DNA of 64,000 bases from contig NW_003314393.1 in NCBI RefSeq assembly GCF_000143415.4, forward strand, positions 322,169 through 386,168. Direction: 5' to 3'. Below the pieces are notes generated by a model, which did no database searches, was not told where the DNA came from, and saw only the letters and a program-made list of their open reading frames with translations. This DNA is from Selaginella moellendorffii. Its lineage: Eukaryota; Plantae; Lycopodiophyta. The position numbers were made by a program, and so were the translations under genes. The stretch's first letter is position 1; each line of letters begins with the position of its first letter. Below are positions 39,801 through 51,900 of this stretch, one piece after another.

Positions 39801-42320
39801 GTCTCGGGTCCATCTCGGACTCCATCTCAGATCCATCTCGGACTCCATCTCGGGTCCATCTCGGGTCCATCTCGGACTCCATCTCGGACTCCATCTCGGG
39901 TCCATCTCGGGTCCATCTCAGACTCCATCTCGGACTCCATCTCGGGTCCATCTCGGACTCCATCTCGGGTCCATCTCGGACTCCAAATCGGGTCCATCTC
40001 GGACTCCATCTCGAGTCCATCTCGAACTCCATCTCGGACTCCATCTCAGGTCCATCTCGAGTCCACCTCGGACTCCACTTCGGACTCCAACTCGGACTCC
40101 GCTTCGGACTCCAACTCGGACTCCACCTCGGACTCCATCTCGGGTCCTTCTCGGACTCCAGTTCAGACTCCAACTCGGGTCCATCTCGAGTCCATCTCGG
40201 ACACTTTCACGTGTCATGTGTTGGTCCTTTTGGGTTCCTTTTTGGAGCCTCGCTTATTGCTCGCTTCGTGCTCATTCCTCGAGTACTTCGTTAGGAGTTC
40301 CACTCCCACTCTCGACCTTTCAAGTCGGAGCTTTTGGCCCAAACGTGTTACACTCGTTTGGCTTTCGCTTCGGCCACTACCACGTGGCACCCTTCCGGCT
40401 CCACTTTGGAGCCTAGGGATTTTGTGTCTCACACTAACTCTCCACAATGGAAGCAATGACCCACACTACATGTTCCACTAAAAGCAGGTTTTGCAAATTG
40501 CTACTACTTGTACCCACCAAGAGGAGGAACAGAGGGCTTAGAACAAGAAGAAGCTACCACCACCTTTGTTAACCATTGCTTGTGAGCCTCTAGGGCAGAA
40601 CCTTCTTTCCACCCTCTGTTTATTCCCCTTGTTTATCATCACCTTGTTTATTCCCAAAATTCTTATTCTTGTCTGAGGTACCAGCATACGTCTGTTGATA
40701 TTGTTCCATGAGCAAGTGACTAAAGGCAATTTATTGTGCTGCCTCCTTACACTCCAGGTATGTCTTTGGATTAAACTTCAAAGTCTCATTGCAAGAAAGT
40801 GAACTTAAACCCTCCAGGAAATAATATTGAGCATTTTTGTCACTTATATTGGCAATTTTAATGCACTTTTGAGCAAATGCATTAACGTAATGCCATAAGG
40901 TCCCCTCACTGCTTTAACCACTACAGCTTGGCGCAAAGTCTTAGACCAAAATCATCTGACAAGGATTCCTTATGGATAGGAGACCTCATCTCGGTCCAAC
41001 TTCTAGTTTGCCCTTTTTCAGCACACATCTGGTGCCACCAAGTTTTGGCATGATAAGTGAGAAAAGACTGCATGCACACAACTTTCATACGATCATCTAT
41101 GTTTGCCGCTATGAAATAATTTTCCATATCGTACACCTAGTCTTCTAAAACTTGATAGTCCTGCATGCCTCTGAAATTGAGTGGTTTTAGAAGCTTGACC
41201 TTTGAAACTTGTGCAACCGGGGGCAGTTGCAAAACTTCATGGTCTTCAAAACTTGAAAAGGAGTTTGGTTGCTTAGGTTTAGTTGGTTTAGCTACCTCAA
41301 CTTCTTTTTTCCTTTTTTTGTTCTCCTTCTTCAATTTGTGAATTTCCCTTTGCAAATTCTCAATCTCAACTTCCTAAGCCATACGCTGAAGTGCTGCAGC
41401 ATCTAGCTCTTCCCCTTTTGACTCAGCTTTAGTCTCTTTCGCAACATCTCCAATAGGAGTTCTCCTCTCGATTCACCCATCTAAATGTTTCAGCATCATC
41501 AGTATGGTTCCTTTTCACCATCCTGCGAGCTATATACATGCCTCTATCAGTAACTAAACATGCATACAACATTCTTACTGAATGGCGCAATCCAACTAAT
41601 CCTTCACAAGTCACTTCAGATCTACTAGAAAAGTCTCTACATATGCAACTTGAGTTAGAAAATCCAACAAAAGTTGAATAGGAATCGCTGAGACAGTTCC
41701 TCTGATACCAAATGTAGTGCACTTGAATTTGGAGCTAAAATCCAAGCCTGTTGCACTACGAAATGCGGGTCTGGTACAATCCCACAAGCACCAGCTCCCT
41801 GTATCCAACACCTACATGCAAAATGGTGTCAGACGGTATCTAGCACAATTTTGGCATACTGGTGGCTTAACGCAAGGAAGAGGGTACCACTAACTAGAGC
41901 AGCATGGAGCTTGGGCTTAGACCCAAACCGAACACAGAATAAAGAACGACATAACCCAACGGAAGCCAAACTAATGTCTCAAGTGGTCGGACATGCATTC
42001 TAACCATTATCCCTACTATACATTTAGAACGCCCCATATCCCCCCCCCCCCCCCCCCCCCCCCCCCAAGCCTCCCCTAGTACCAATAATTAGTCTCTGGG
42101 ACAAGCTTAAAACTTACTAAATATGGAATGTCTCTATATTACAAATTTTGACACGGGATGAACACTATTGTGTTCAATACAATCTCTACATTCTGTAAAT
42201 GTGCCAAATAAGCAAATCTAGACGCTTTCCACAAATAGTATTTAGGACCAAAATGAGACTAGCACAAAGGGCATGATAGTGAAGGTGTTTGGTAGACATG
42301 GTAAGCTATTATGTAGCGAT
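36850..42320 (-). mobile_element. Degenerate Ty3/Gypsy element (gag ~40470-41500; PR-RT-RH ~36850-38700; PBS ~41700-41711; LTR from 41713)
   Basis: PFEVHCDASSYAI (RNase H), ILVIIDMRATHSVI (protease), gag MENYFIAANID..AKTWW. CTCTGATACCA adjacent to TG. Confidence 0.8.
38706..40433. repeat. Solo LTR family C with 5-bp TSD CTAAC and expanded hexamer minisatellite (~39696-40200)
   Basis: TGTAAGCG...CTCACA. CTAAC at 38701-38705 and 40434-40438. CTCGGA/CTCCAT/CTCGGG units. Confidence 0.85.
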
Positions 42321-42329
42321 ATTAAAGGT

Positions 42330-42998
42330 TTCTTATCCACAACATGAGACTCCTCAAGCCAATTCCACCATCAAAGACCCGCATCACGCAAAACTATTGG
42401 AATAACCACTAAAGCCTCTACATCTAAAGTTCCCCTAGTAGCCAAGAACTTCTTCACATTGGCTAGCTAAACGAGACACTTGTCCACACCATTATTATTG
42501 GAAAAGGTTGGAATCTTGAGTTGATCTACTAAAGAAGGCTTACTTGGAGCGCTACCATGTCCAGCCTCAACTGCCTCAACACGCCCACACACATATGGTA
42601 TCCATCATGCTATGCATCTTGTCTTGCATCTCTTGCTGATTTAAATTAAGGGCTCATAGCTCATGAATCAGAATGGTCTAAATCTCTGCAGCTCTATCTG
42701 CACCATCGTTGACACCACCATTGACAATAGGATTCCAGCGTTCAGCTTGGTCGGCCATCGCAACCAACTCCTCTGATACCAATGTTATGATTCGGTGCAT
42801 AAAGACAGAGATTTAGCCACCCTAGACTATGCTACACCACCTCTTGAGGTTCCTCACCACCCAACCACCCCCGAGCTACCTCAAAAGCTCCACTACGCTG
42901 CCATTCCACCGTGAGCCCTAAGGTAGGATATGTCCCTTACCCTAACATGCCTTAATATCTCCCTTTGACTGACCACGTGGTCAAAGCTGGCACGTAAC
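42330..42998 (-). mobile_element. LTR family B 5' LTR (42783-42998), PBS and gag start
   Basis: CTCTGATACCAA abuts TGTTATGA...CGTAACA. Gag region homologous to 63190-63660. Confidence 0.75.
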
Positions 42999-43279
42999 AA
43001 AGACTTATTACCATAGAGAAGCTTGGAATTAGCAATCTTGAAAGCCTGTGGGCATAAGTATCAAGCATACCAAGCTTTATGAGCCTTGAAGTTGCAACCT
43101 CTATTTATGTCAGCTTCTTGCCAACCTGATGCACTCTGCATTCATCACCAGCCATCTCAATCAGGATGGCGTAGTGACTCCACAAAGATGTGAGGACCAA
43201 TTTCCAAGCCTGCTGGATTTCTAGGTTTCTTCCAGGTTTGCAATTCAACAACCTTAGATGTGCATGTCTAAAAGATGAT

Positions 43280-43531
43280 TTGAGCTTGGAAATTCTAAAT
43301 CTGGAATTCAGCTATGGCTATAGTTAAATTGCACTACAACCTATAGAAAGAATGCGTATAATGTAAATCGGTATGGTGTCCTTAAAAAATGAAAAACCAC
43401 TTACTTGTGATAGGCTCCCATAATTGACCAGCCTAAAACTCATTCCATATAGTTAAAATGGATCTAGGAATTAGTTAAGTCCCCATCTCCATCCATATCC
43501 ATTCGCTATACAAAGTCCATACTAGAAGCAG
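43280..43531 (-). mobile_element. Decayed fragment of the Mutator-like transposase (exon 2/intron/exon 3)
   Basis: Reverse complement of ~22250-22500. Confidence 0.75.
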
Positions 43532-43686
43532 TTTACAGTGGTGAGCAGGGGAATGGTTTACCTTTGACTCTTTTAAAGGTTGGTATAGGAAGAGCCTTCG
43601 GGAAGAAACTTGTGATTGACAAGCCTCTTATGTTTGTGGGGATGCATAGTTACTTTTTGGACAAAATGAAGATCGCTTGAAGTATT

Positions 43687-43898
43687 ATTAGGTGCCAGCT
43701 TTAACCACATGGTCAATGTCAGTCAAAAGGAGGCTCTTGGGTATAAGGGACTTAACCTACCCTGAGGCTTATAGTGGAGCAATGGCACAGTGGAGCTTTT
43801 GAGGTAACTCAAGGGTGGTTGGGTGGTGAGGAACCTCAAGAGGTGGCATAGCATAGTCTAGGGAAATTATATCTCTGTCTTTTTGTGCCAGATTATCA
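43687..43898 (+). repeat. Degenerate LTR family B
   Basis: Homologous to 12678-12910. Confidence 0.7.
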
Positions 43899-44475
43899 AA
43901 ATCTTCAATCTCTTCAATCCCTGAATATTGACCTAACCTCCTAGTGATTCATCCTTGAGGTAAAGAGGTTCAGGAGAACCTGTTATAACACTCATGTTCT
44001 TTTAGTTCTAGACTAGAAAAGAAAATCACTATACCTAAAATTCTTCAATAACTTGGCTGAATTTAGAGTGCACTTCCACAATTGCATTATTGTCATCTAT
44101 ATGGAAGATTAGGGAGGTCATGACTAGCTCACTCTTTTCACTCCAGATGTATTCTAGCTCTTGAAGCAATGCTGATTTGCCACACTTCTTTGGGCTGGCC
44201 ATTAGCATAATACAGGAGGGTTCCCTCCCCTAGAAATGCCATCATTGTCAACGTTTTGACTTCTATTTAACACATAAGAAGAATAACTTTGCTAAATAGT
44301 ATGGAAAAGAGGATAGTGATGGAGAAAATTGTTACGAAGAATTATGAGAAATGAAAAGTGTTGCTTTGCTGTTTCTCTCTATTTGTCCTCTTGCCTTTAG
44401 CATTTATAGATAGATTAAAGAAACACATAGTCTTCAGAATAAAGTTTATTTTCTTGTGGTTCCAACCATTCCATA

Positions 44476-44835
44476 TCAGGGTAGAAGATAACCTGAAGAG
44501 ACAATAAGCTGTGAATTTGAAACAAGAAGAAGAAATTGAAGTGCCTTACTTCCACACTGATACTGATGGGGAAGAGTTCGATGACATATTTTAGCAATGG
44601 TTAGAATTGAACTCAAGCTGATATACTTCGTGACATCTGAAGTAATTCTTGGGCACACACACTCAAGAGTGATCTTCCTCATAAAGCTACAACAGGCTGG
44701 AGAGGGATTTGTGCTTTTGCAATTGCTGAGAATTCCATTGATGTTGTTGTCACATGTTGTATCAGCTTCAGAGAAGTTAAAGAAGGAAGCACTTGCTACA
44801 AGCAGTAACACTACAAATGTTTTCATCACTGCCAT
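44476..44835 (-). CDS. Secreted lipid-transfer/bifunctional inhibitor (8-Cys) protein, 100 aa; exons 44550-44835 and 44476-44492
   Basis: Signal peptide MAVMKTFVVLLLVASA. Pattern C-x10-C-x8-CC-x9-CxC...C...C. 57-nt GT-AG intron. Confidence 0.85.
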   Translation of the reverse strand: MAVMKTFVVLLLVASASFFNFSEADTTCDNNINGILSNCKSTNPSPACCSFMRKITLECVCPRITSDVTKYISLSSILTIAKICHRTLPHQYQCGSKALQFLLLVSNSQLIVSSGYLLP

Positions 44836-45339
44836 TCATCAATGCCTTAGATGCTGTATATGGTTCTTATATAGTGGAGATCTGTTTGATGAACACTATG
44901 AATGAAAGTATCTGATCCCACAACCAACAAACAACAAGTTCTAATATTGACTGGCAAACAGACCGTGGTGTCAAACACGGCATGGTTGCCAGTCAGCACG
45001 GCAGCATAGTCAGCACGGCATGCTTGCCAGTCAAGATTAAAACTTGTAGTTGCATGACTTTGACCACAGACCATGACTCTCGTATGTGACTTTTGTTGAC
45101 TTTATTTGAAAAATATACTCTTTGAGCATGGCAGTTGATAAAACCACGTCTTTCTGGGGTGATGCCGCATTCAAGATTGAAATTCCGGTGATGTTCAAAT
45201 TTCTAGTTTCACAAGAAGAAAATGATTTCTCACTGGGGCATCGTACTTCTCTTCACACTTGGCATGAATCTGTCGTCTGAGGTATGATCACATGATTCTG
45301 AAATGAAACTCTTAAGGTTTTCTTTCTTTTGTATAAGAT

Positions 45340-47565
45340 CATGGACATGGAAATTCTACTGGAGTTCAAGCAAGGCATGTTGCAAAGCAATTCTACCTTT
45401 TCTAACTGGCATGAAGGAAGCAAGGATGGGATTTGCAGCTGGAGAGGCATTAGTTGCAATTCTAAACGCCAAGTAGTGTCCATACATCTATCCTCTGTGG
45501 ATCTTGATGAAGCCTTGGTGGGAACTCTCACGCCAAGGCTTGGGCAGCTTTCATATCTTTCAGAGCTCGATCTATCGTTTAACAAAATAACGGGGCAAAT
45601 TCCTACCACCCTCGGAAATTGCTCCTCACTCACAGAGCTCAACTTGAGAGGGAACCAATTGACTGGCCATATTCCAGCAACATTAGGGCAGCTCCAGAAT
45701 CTCACTGAGCTCTGGCTATCTGATATTTCTTGAGCGGGTCTATTCCATCGAGTGTTGGGAACTGCTCCAAGCTGCGGTTCCTCAGTCTGGAAAACAACAC
45801 CTTAACGGGCTCTATATCTCCATCGCTGGGTAAGCTCAAGAAATTGGAAAGTTTATCACTTTTTACAAACAATTTGGAGGGGCTTATACCAATCACTCTT
45901 GGAAACCTTTCGCACCTCACATTTCTAGACATGTCTGACAACCTTCTATATGGCCCATTACCTGGCTCTTTTGCTGGTCTTCGTAGGCTAAAGTGGTTGG
46001 GACTATCGCGAAACTATTTTCTCAATGGATCGATTCCTTCGGATGTTATGGTGGGCATGCCATCTCTAACGCACCTAGAGCTCCATTACAACAACTTTAC
46101 AGGAAACATTCCCATGTTTAATGCGTCTTCTCCTGTTGTACTACTTCGCTTGGACGTTAACAGCCTGACAGGAAGCATTCCGCATTCAATCACAGAGATC
46201 AAGGCTCTCCAGCAATTGCACCTCAACAAAAACTATCTAGATGGAAGCATTCCAAAAGGCATTAGCCAGCTGGATCGTCTTGAGATACTTGACTTGAGTG
46301 ACAACTATCTCAGAAATGAAGTTCCTCCACTCGACAAATGCACCAATCTTGGCTATCTCGACCTCCACGGAAACTTGATACGGAGCAAAATGCCAACGTT
46401 TGGTGCATGCACTAACCTTGTTTACTTGGATCTCTCAACGAACGAGTTCCAGGGAGAGATTAGCTCAAGGCTAGGGAATTGCTCCCAGCTCAAGGTTGTC
46501 AACTTTGCGCAGAACAATTTCACGGGTGAGGTGCTGCTTGACTTGAGTAACTTGACAAGCTTGGTCTTCTTTGTCATTTCCAACAACACGTTGAGCGGCA
46601 CAATTCCAGCAAAAAGCTTGAATTCCACTTATCTCAGAGTCATGGACTATAGTAGGAACCATTTCACAGGCGAGATCCCTCAAGAAACTTGCAGCTGGTC
46701 AGGAATTATGATATTGTCTTTTGCATACAACAAGCTGTTTGGCCAGATTCCAGATTGCACCACCAATCTCATTTGGCTCCAAATTCTAGATCTGTCAAAC
46801 AATAAACTCACAGGGCAGCTGCCACGCGCGCTTTGGAAGTTTCAAGGTTTCAAGGGCAACACGAGTGGGGATTTGAATCTTGGCATTTACACAGGGGTAG
46901 AGTTGAGCCTGGTCATCATAGTCAACGACGCAAGGATACAGTTTGATCGGACAACGATCGTTGTTGCAAACAACATGACTTCATTGGACATCTCAAGCAA
47001 CTCTCTCGAGGGTGTCATCCCAGAAGAAATTGGGCAACTGGTTGGACTAATGCATCTTAACCTCTCGCACAACCAGTTCACCGGTGCCATACCTCTCAAC
47101 CTTTCCAGCTTGAAAAAGCTTCAGTCGCTTGACTTATCCTGGAACATGCTCCAAGGCAGGATCCCAAACGAGTTTGGGGAGTTGCCTTTGTCAGCCTTTA
47201 ATGTTTCATTCAACAACTTAAGCGGATTGGTCCCAACTGCATACAATTTAAACACTCGGTTTCCACTTGCATTCCAAGGCAATAAGAACCTTTGTGGGTT
47301 TCCATTGTCTCCTTGTGGCTATGCAACAAAGGATCAAGAGCACCCTGCAAGTCACAAAAGTTGGGAGAAGGACTTCCTCTTCCGTGAGGCTTCAGTGTGG
47401 GCATTTGGCTGCGGTGTGTTTATTGGCTTTTGGGTCACATTTTTAGGCATCACGTTCTGGGACAGCCTTCAAAGTTGGAGGTATAAGCTTCGGGCAAAGG
47501 AACATGAGGACGCATCTATTGGCCTCAGCATACCTTCATTTCTTCCTCGTCTTGGCAGTTCTTAA
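45340..47565 (+). pseudogene. LRR receptor-like protein with 1-bp frameshift near 45725
   Basis: LRRNT CSWRGISC, about 20 plant LRRs, island domain, FQGNKNLCGFPL, TM segment, no kinase. GATATTTCTTGA restores to DNFLSGSIP by adding one A. Confidence 0.85.
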
Positions 47566-48169
47566 GAAATGCTAACTTGTTAATCCAGAACTCAAATGAA
47601 AAAGCTGATGAGCAATTGACCTCCATGAGTCTAGGTCGTGGTGGATTCAGATGCTTTACTCTGATCAAAGTTTAGGCAATGGAAGAACATGACAATACAA
47701 TAGCAAACCCAGAAATAGGCAAATGAACAGTGGATACAGAACTTTCCATACTTTAATTTGAAAAGTCTAGGCTCTTCGGATCAAACCAACCAATGACCGA
47801 CTACATGAGTGTCAGAATACCGTCCTTGACCCGGTCATCCATCACTTTAAATTTCAAGCACATGTGACACAATGGCAAACAGATTTCTAGTGTTCCTTGG
47901 TCATGGTATTCCAGCATATAGTGGTGGTCAATGGAAGAATACATGACAAATAAAGATGACAGAAGTTAGTCACTCAGAAATGTTGGTCAAGGTGGATACA
48001 GAACTTTCGATATTTTACTTTGATCAAAGTCTAAGCTCTTCAAATACTGGTCAATCAATGAATAGCCAACCAACCAATGACCGGCTTTAACATGAGTATA
48101 AGAATACCGTCCTTGACCCGGTGATACATCACCTTAAATTTCAAGCTTGTCAAGGAAACATGTGATACA

Positions 48170-48961
48170 ATGGCAAACAGATTTCTTGTGTTCCTTGGTC
48201 ATGGTATTCCAGCAATTGCGTTCATCTTTTGGGGACTCTTGCTTTTTCTCACGAATGCAGCATCTCGTTTTCGAGGCCATGAAAAACCTGGGCGACTCTC
48301 CCTCATTACAAAGCCAGCTGAGTTTTACATTCTCTTCCTTGGGAGTGCAGGAGTCATCACTTTCCACTGCATTCTTCAGCCAACACGAAGCTATCCTGAC
48401 CTGGAGCACATCTCCATGGCTATTCCGTTCATGATCTATGCACTCTGTTTACGTTCCAAGCTACACTTGCCAAGTGCTTTTGTAAGTCTCATGGAAGCAG
48501 CAGCGTTCGCCCAAGAACTCTTCCTCTTTCATTGGCATTCCACGGATCATGTCGGCGTGGAAGGACATAATCATATGCTTCTACAGCTCATTGTGACTGC
48601 CTGTATGTTCTCAAGCCTCGTGGAAGTGTTTGTGCCACAGAATCACAATGCCATGATGATCAAGTTTTGGAAGTCAATTTGTATCATCTTCCATGGCATT
48701 TGGCTGCTTCAGCTCTCATTACTTCTTGTGTTCCCAGCAACGTTCCTGCCTCTGGGTTGCCAAGTGTTTGTTCGTCACCACCAAAAGATCGAGTGTGGCA
48801 GTGAAAACCTTGTCAACCAGTCCAAAGCTATGGGAACATTGCTTTTCAGTTGGTACCTCTCTTTGTTGATGGTAGGAAGTGCAATATCCTATGCTGTTAT
48901 TGAGAGAAAAACTCTATACAATATTAGTATATGGAATGAACAGGATGAAGAGCTACCATAA
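48170..48961 (+). CDS. TMEM45/DUF716-family multi-pass membrane protein, 263 aa
   Basis: GHGIPA..WGL, DLEHISM, FHWHSTDHVGVEGHNHMLLQ; multiple hydrophobic segments. Confidence 0.8.
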   Translation: MANRFLVFLGHGIPAIAFIFWGLLLFLTNAASRFRGHEKPGRLSLITKPAEFYILFLGSAGVITFHCILQPTRSYPDLEHISMAIPFMIYALCLRSKLHLPSAFVSLMEAAAFAQELFLFHWHSTDHVGVEGHNHMLLQLIVTACMFSSLVEVFVPQNHNAMMIKFWKSICIIFHGIWLLQLSLLLVFPATFLPLGCQVFVRHHQKIECGSENLVNQSKAMGTLLFSWYLSLLMVGSAISYAVIERKTLYNISIWNEQDEELP

Positions 48962-50329
48962 CTTCCCTATAGTGAATAATTATAAAATGGAATTTAACCC
49001 TTGAACAAGGGCACCAGAACAGAATCTAAGTTTTAGAGCTATGGTACAGTGAACAAAAGGATGAAGTTAAACTCTTAAGCATACAACAAAAAAATGAAGG
49101 AACATGAACATGGAGCAATATCATAATAGTTTTAGAGCATTTAGAATTCCAACTCTAAAATCAACATGCAAAACAAAGCTAAATGATTTTAGCATATTTA
49201 TAGCAAAATACACCAACTAACATGGTAGAGTTTAGGCTTAGATATAAGCAAGATTCAAAACAAAAGATAGCACACCTAATGGGGAGATAAATAATATCTC
49301 AAGTAGTTCATACCTCAACCTACCCATTATCCCCATTATATTTGGAATTGCCCATATCCCCTACCCCATTATAAATGAATTAAAGAAAAGTTTATTAAAA
49401 TTGAGGATTATTATAGAATATATATGGGTATCATAGATATATTCCCATTTTACTTAAAGTGAAAAATAATTAACGTCATTCTTTTAATTTAAAACATTTT
49501 TCTAAATTTAAAATGTATGATCAAGATGACATCTTTGAAAGCTAGCATTTTATATTTAATTTTATATAGCTTGCTGTAGTTATAAACTTCTAAAGTTAAG
49601 AAGTTCCTTATTGAACAATTTCTGAAAAATATTTATTGTGCATATTGAAATTTTTCATGTATAATAATACTTATTTAGTTTTATATTATTAATTAATATA
49701 AATATTCTATAAAATATAAGTAAAAAATTTTTTTTTGATAATGCCATATATTAATATTAACATAGTGGAATTTTGATAGCCATAAAATTGATTTCAATTT
49801 GAACCACTTGCTCCTGTATATAAGCTAGGGTTTTGAGATTACACATTTTTGTATTCCATTTCCATATTTAATGCACTCATATTAATTGAAGTGAAGGGTA
49901 ATTCTAATTTTCCTTAAGGAGTGTTTGGTTTAGATTTAGCTTTTGCATTATCTAGATCTCTCTTATTTATGTAGCTTTTCAATTTCTTTTTTTCTTTTTT
50001 TCTTTTTATTTTTTTTGCTTCTTTCCATTCATCTTTATGGCAAAATAGTAGCTTCCTCCTTCTTTGACTCTAGAATAACAATTGGTGCAATTTCTCAATG
50101 CTATGGAATTGCAATTAAACAATCAAACTCAATTGATAGTGGCATTCACGGCATGTGGTGTATCTTTTACTATTGTTGCCCATCATTGAGTTCAGTTGGA
50201 GTTCTTTTGTGGGAATTTTGGGGATAATGTATATCATTAGTTTGATCATTTTACAATGATTACCACCTATTATTTTTGGGATGATATCTAGTGTCTATAC
50301 AATTTTCCCACATATTTTAAAAAGATAGC

Positions 50330-50903
50330 TGTAAGCTCCTGGGTTTGGACTTCCCGGGAGGTCACCCAACCCAGTACTATTCAAACCCAAGGATGCTTAA
50401 CCCTAAGTATCCCAAGACCCTTAACCGATTGGAAAACGGGGTGCACTCTTATTCATGGGCCTTTTCCCTCTATATTTGAACCCCTATGGACCGTCTCTCG
50501 AGTCATTCCCTTTGGTTGCTTACAATCCACCATGCTTCCCTGCAAGTTCACGCCCTTGTGAATGGAAGCTGAGAGCTGCAGCTCTCCTGAGAGCCCCGCT
50601 CTCTTAACACCCTACCCCCAACGGGAGCAAACTGGACCAGCTAGATGTCAATCAACATGTGGTGTGATTCCCCTAGCCAACCAACAAAGTCGGACCCAAG
50701 ACCGCTCTGATACCAAATGTAAGCTCCTGGGTTTGGACTTCCCGGGAGGTCACCCAACCCAGTACTATTCAAACCCAAGGACGCTTAACCCCAAGTACCT
50801 TAACCGATTGGAAAAGGGGGTGCACTCTTATTCATGGGCTCTTTCCCTCTATATTTGAACCCCTATAGATCGTCTCTTGAGTCGTTCTCTTTGGTTGCTT
50901 ACA
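50330..50903 (-). mobile_element. Cassandra-type TRIM with 5S rRNA-derived LTRs (50330-50524 and 50718-50903)
   Basis: ATAGC TSD at 50325-50329 and 50904-50908. PBS TGGTATCAGAGC. LTRs contain GGACTTCCCGGGAGGTCACCCAACCCAGTACTA, the reverse complement of the 5S rRNA internal control region. Confidence 0.9.
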
Positions 50904-51589
50904 ATAGCATTACAATGGTACAATGGTTTGAGCACAATCAAACAATTATTTAGACATATTGACAAGCCTTATAAGAATTGCATTATCTCTATTAGGGGTC
51001 ATTTTTGTCAACGATGCAATTTTACTTCTAAATCCTCCTACTTTGTATATAGCCAATTATGTCGGAGCGGAATAAATTGGGAATGTTGTGGCCAATGTTT
51101 CAGCAATGTCTTATGGGACTCATATATGCACTAGCTCCAATCACCTTAGACAACATTCTTCGACTAGCACAACATTATGGAACATCACTTCTTTCACTTA
51201 TTGTTGCATATGCTTTAATGCCACTTTTTGTGGGAGATGACCTTGTTCTGATAGAAGTTGATGCTATTGTTGCTTGTGTTCAAAGACAAGGGCAAGGACG
51301 TAGTTATGACCATAATGTTTGCTGCTAGACATGTGATAAGGTTGGTCACACATATTTGTGTTGTTAACATTTTTTGATTAGCATCCTCTATTTCCTAAGT
51401 GGAAGCCTTGGTATTAATAATATCCTATTGGTGCTATGGTTTTGATGTAGAGATTCTTTTGAGAAATGAGAAGTTGCGCAAGTATTCAAGGATGCTTGCA
51501 TGAATAAGTTATTGACCCCTTCATCTTTCTTTTGAGAGTACCATCAATGGGTTCACTTGGCACCAGTTCATCTAGTTTATGGAGGTATA

Positions 51590-51658
51590 AGGGTTTAGGG
51601 TTTCCGGTTTAGGGTTTAGGGTTAGGGTTTATTAGGGTTTAGGTTTAGGGTTTAGGGT
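51590..51658 (+). repeat. Internal telomeric array (TTTAGGG)n, imperfect
   Basis: Direct reading. Confidence 0.95.
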
Positions 51659-51900
51659 CATCTAAGTCATCTAAGCATTCCATAATCTTTTTGGCCGTGA
51701 GAGGCACTGGATTAGGAATGAATGAGAGCCCAAGAGCAAGGAGGCGCTTTTCAGCGGCACTCAACATGCGAGAAGACAAATTGTGAACAGCACCAATCTC
51801 CACTCTATTTTCTAGCTGGGAAACTTTTTGATTGCCGGCAAAATGAAGTAAAGCTTCATGCGGGGCAATCAAAGGTAGCCAGAAACTTTTGCCTTGCCTT
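51659..51900 (-). pseudogene. N-terminus of Penelope-like reverse transcriptase (-1 frame relative to ORF1), cut off by telomeric repeats
   Basis: IGAVHNLSSRMLSAAEKRLLALGLSFIPNP then runs into (CCCTAAA)n. Confidence 0.7.

Noticed and set aside
39481-40481. RS/SR-rich protein ORFs in several frames
   Set aside because: By-product of a stop-free hexamer minisatellite in an LTR.
50345-50405. Functional 5S rRNA gene
   Set aside because: Only the central ~55 nt match, embedded in paired LTRs.
50909-51589. hAT transposase remnant
   Set aside because: No convincing hAT motifs recovered by manual translation; left unclassified.
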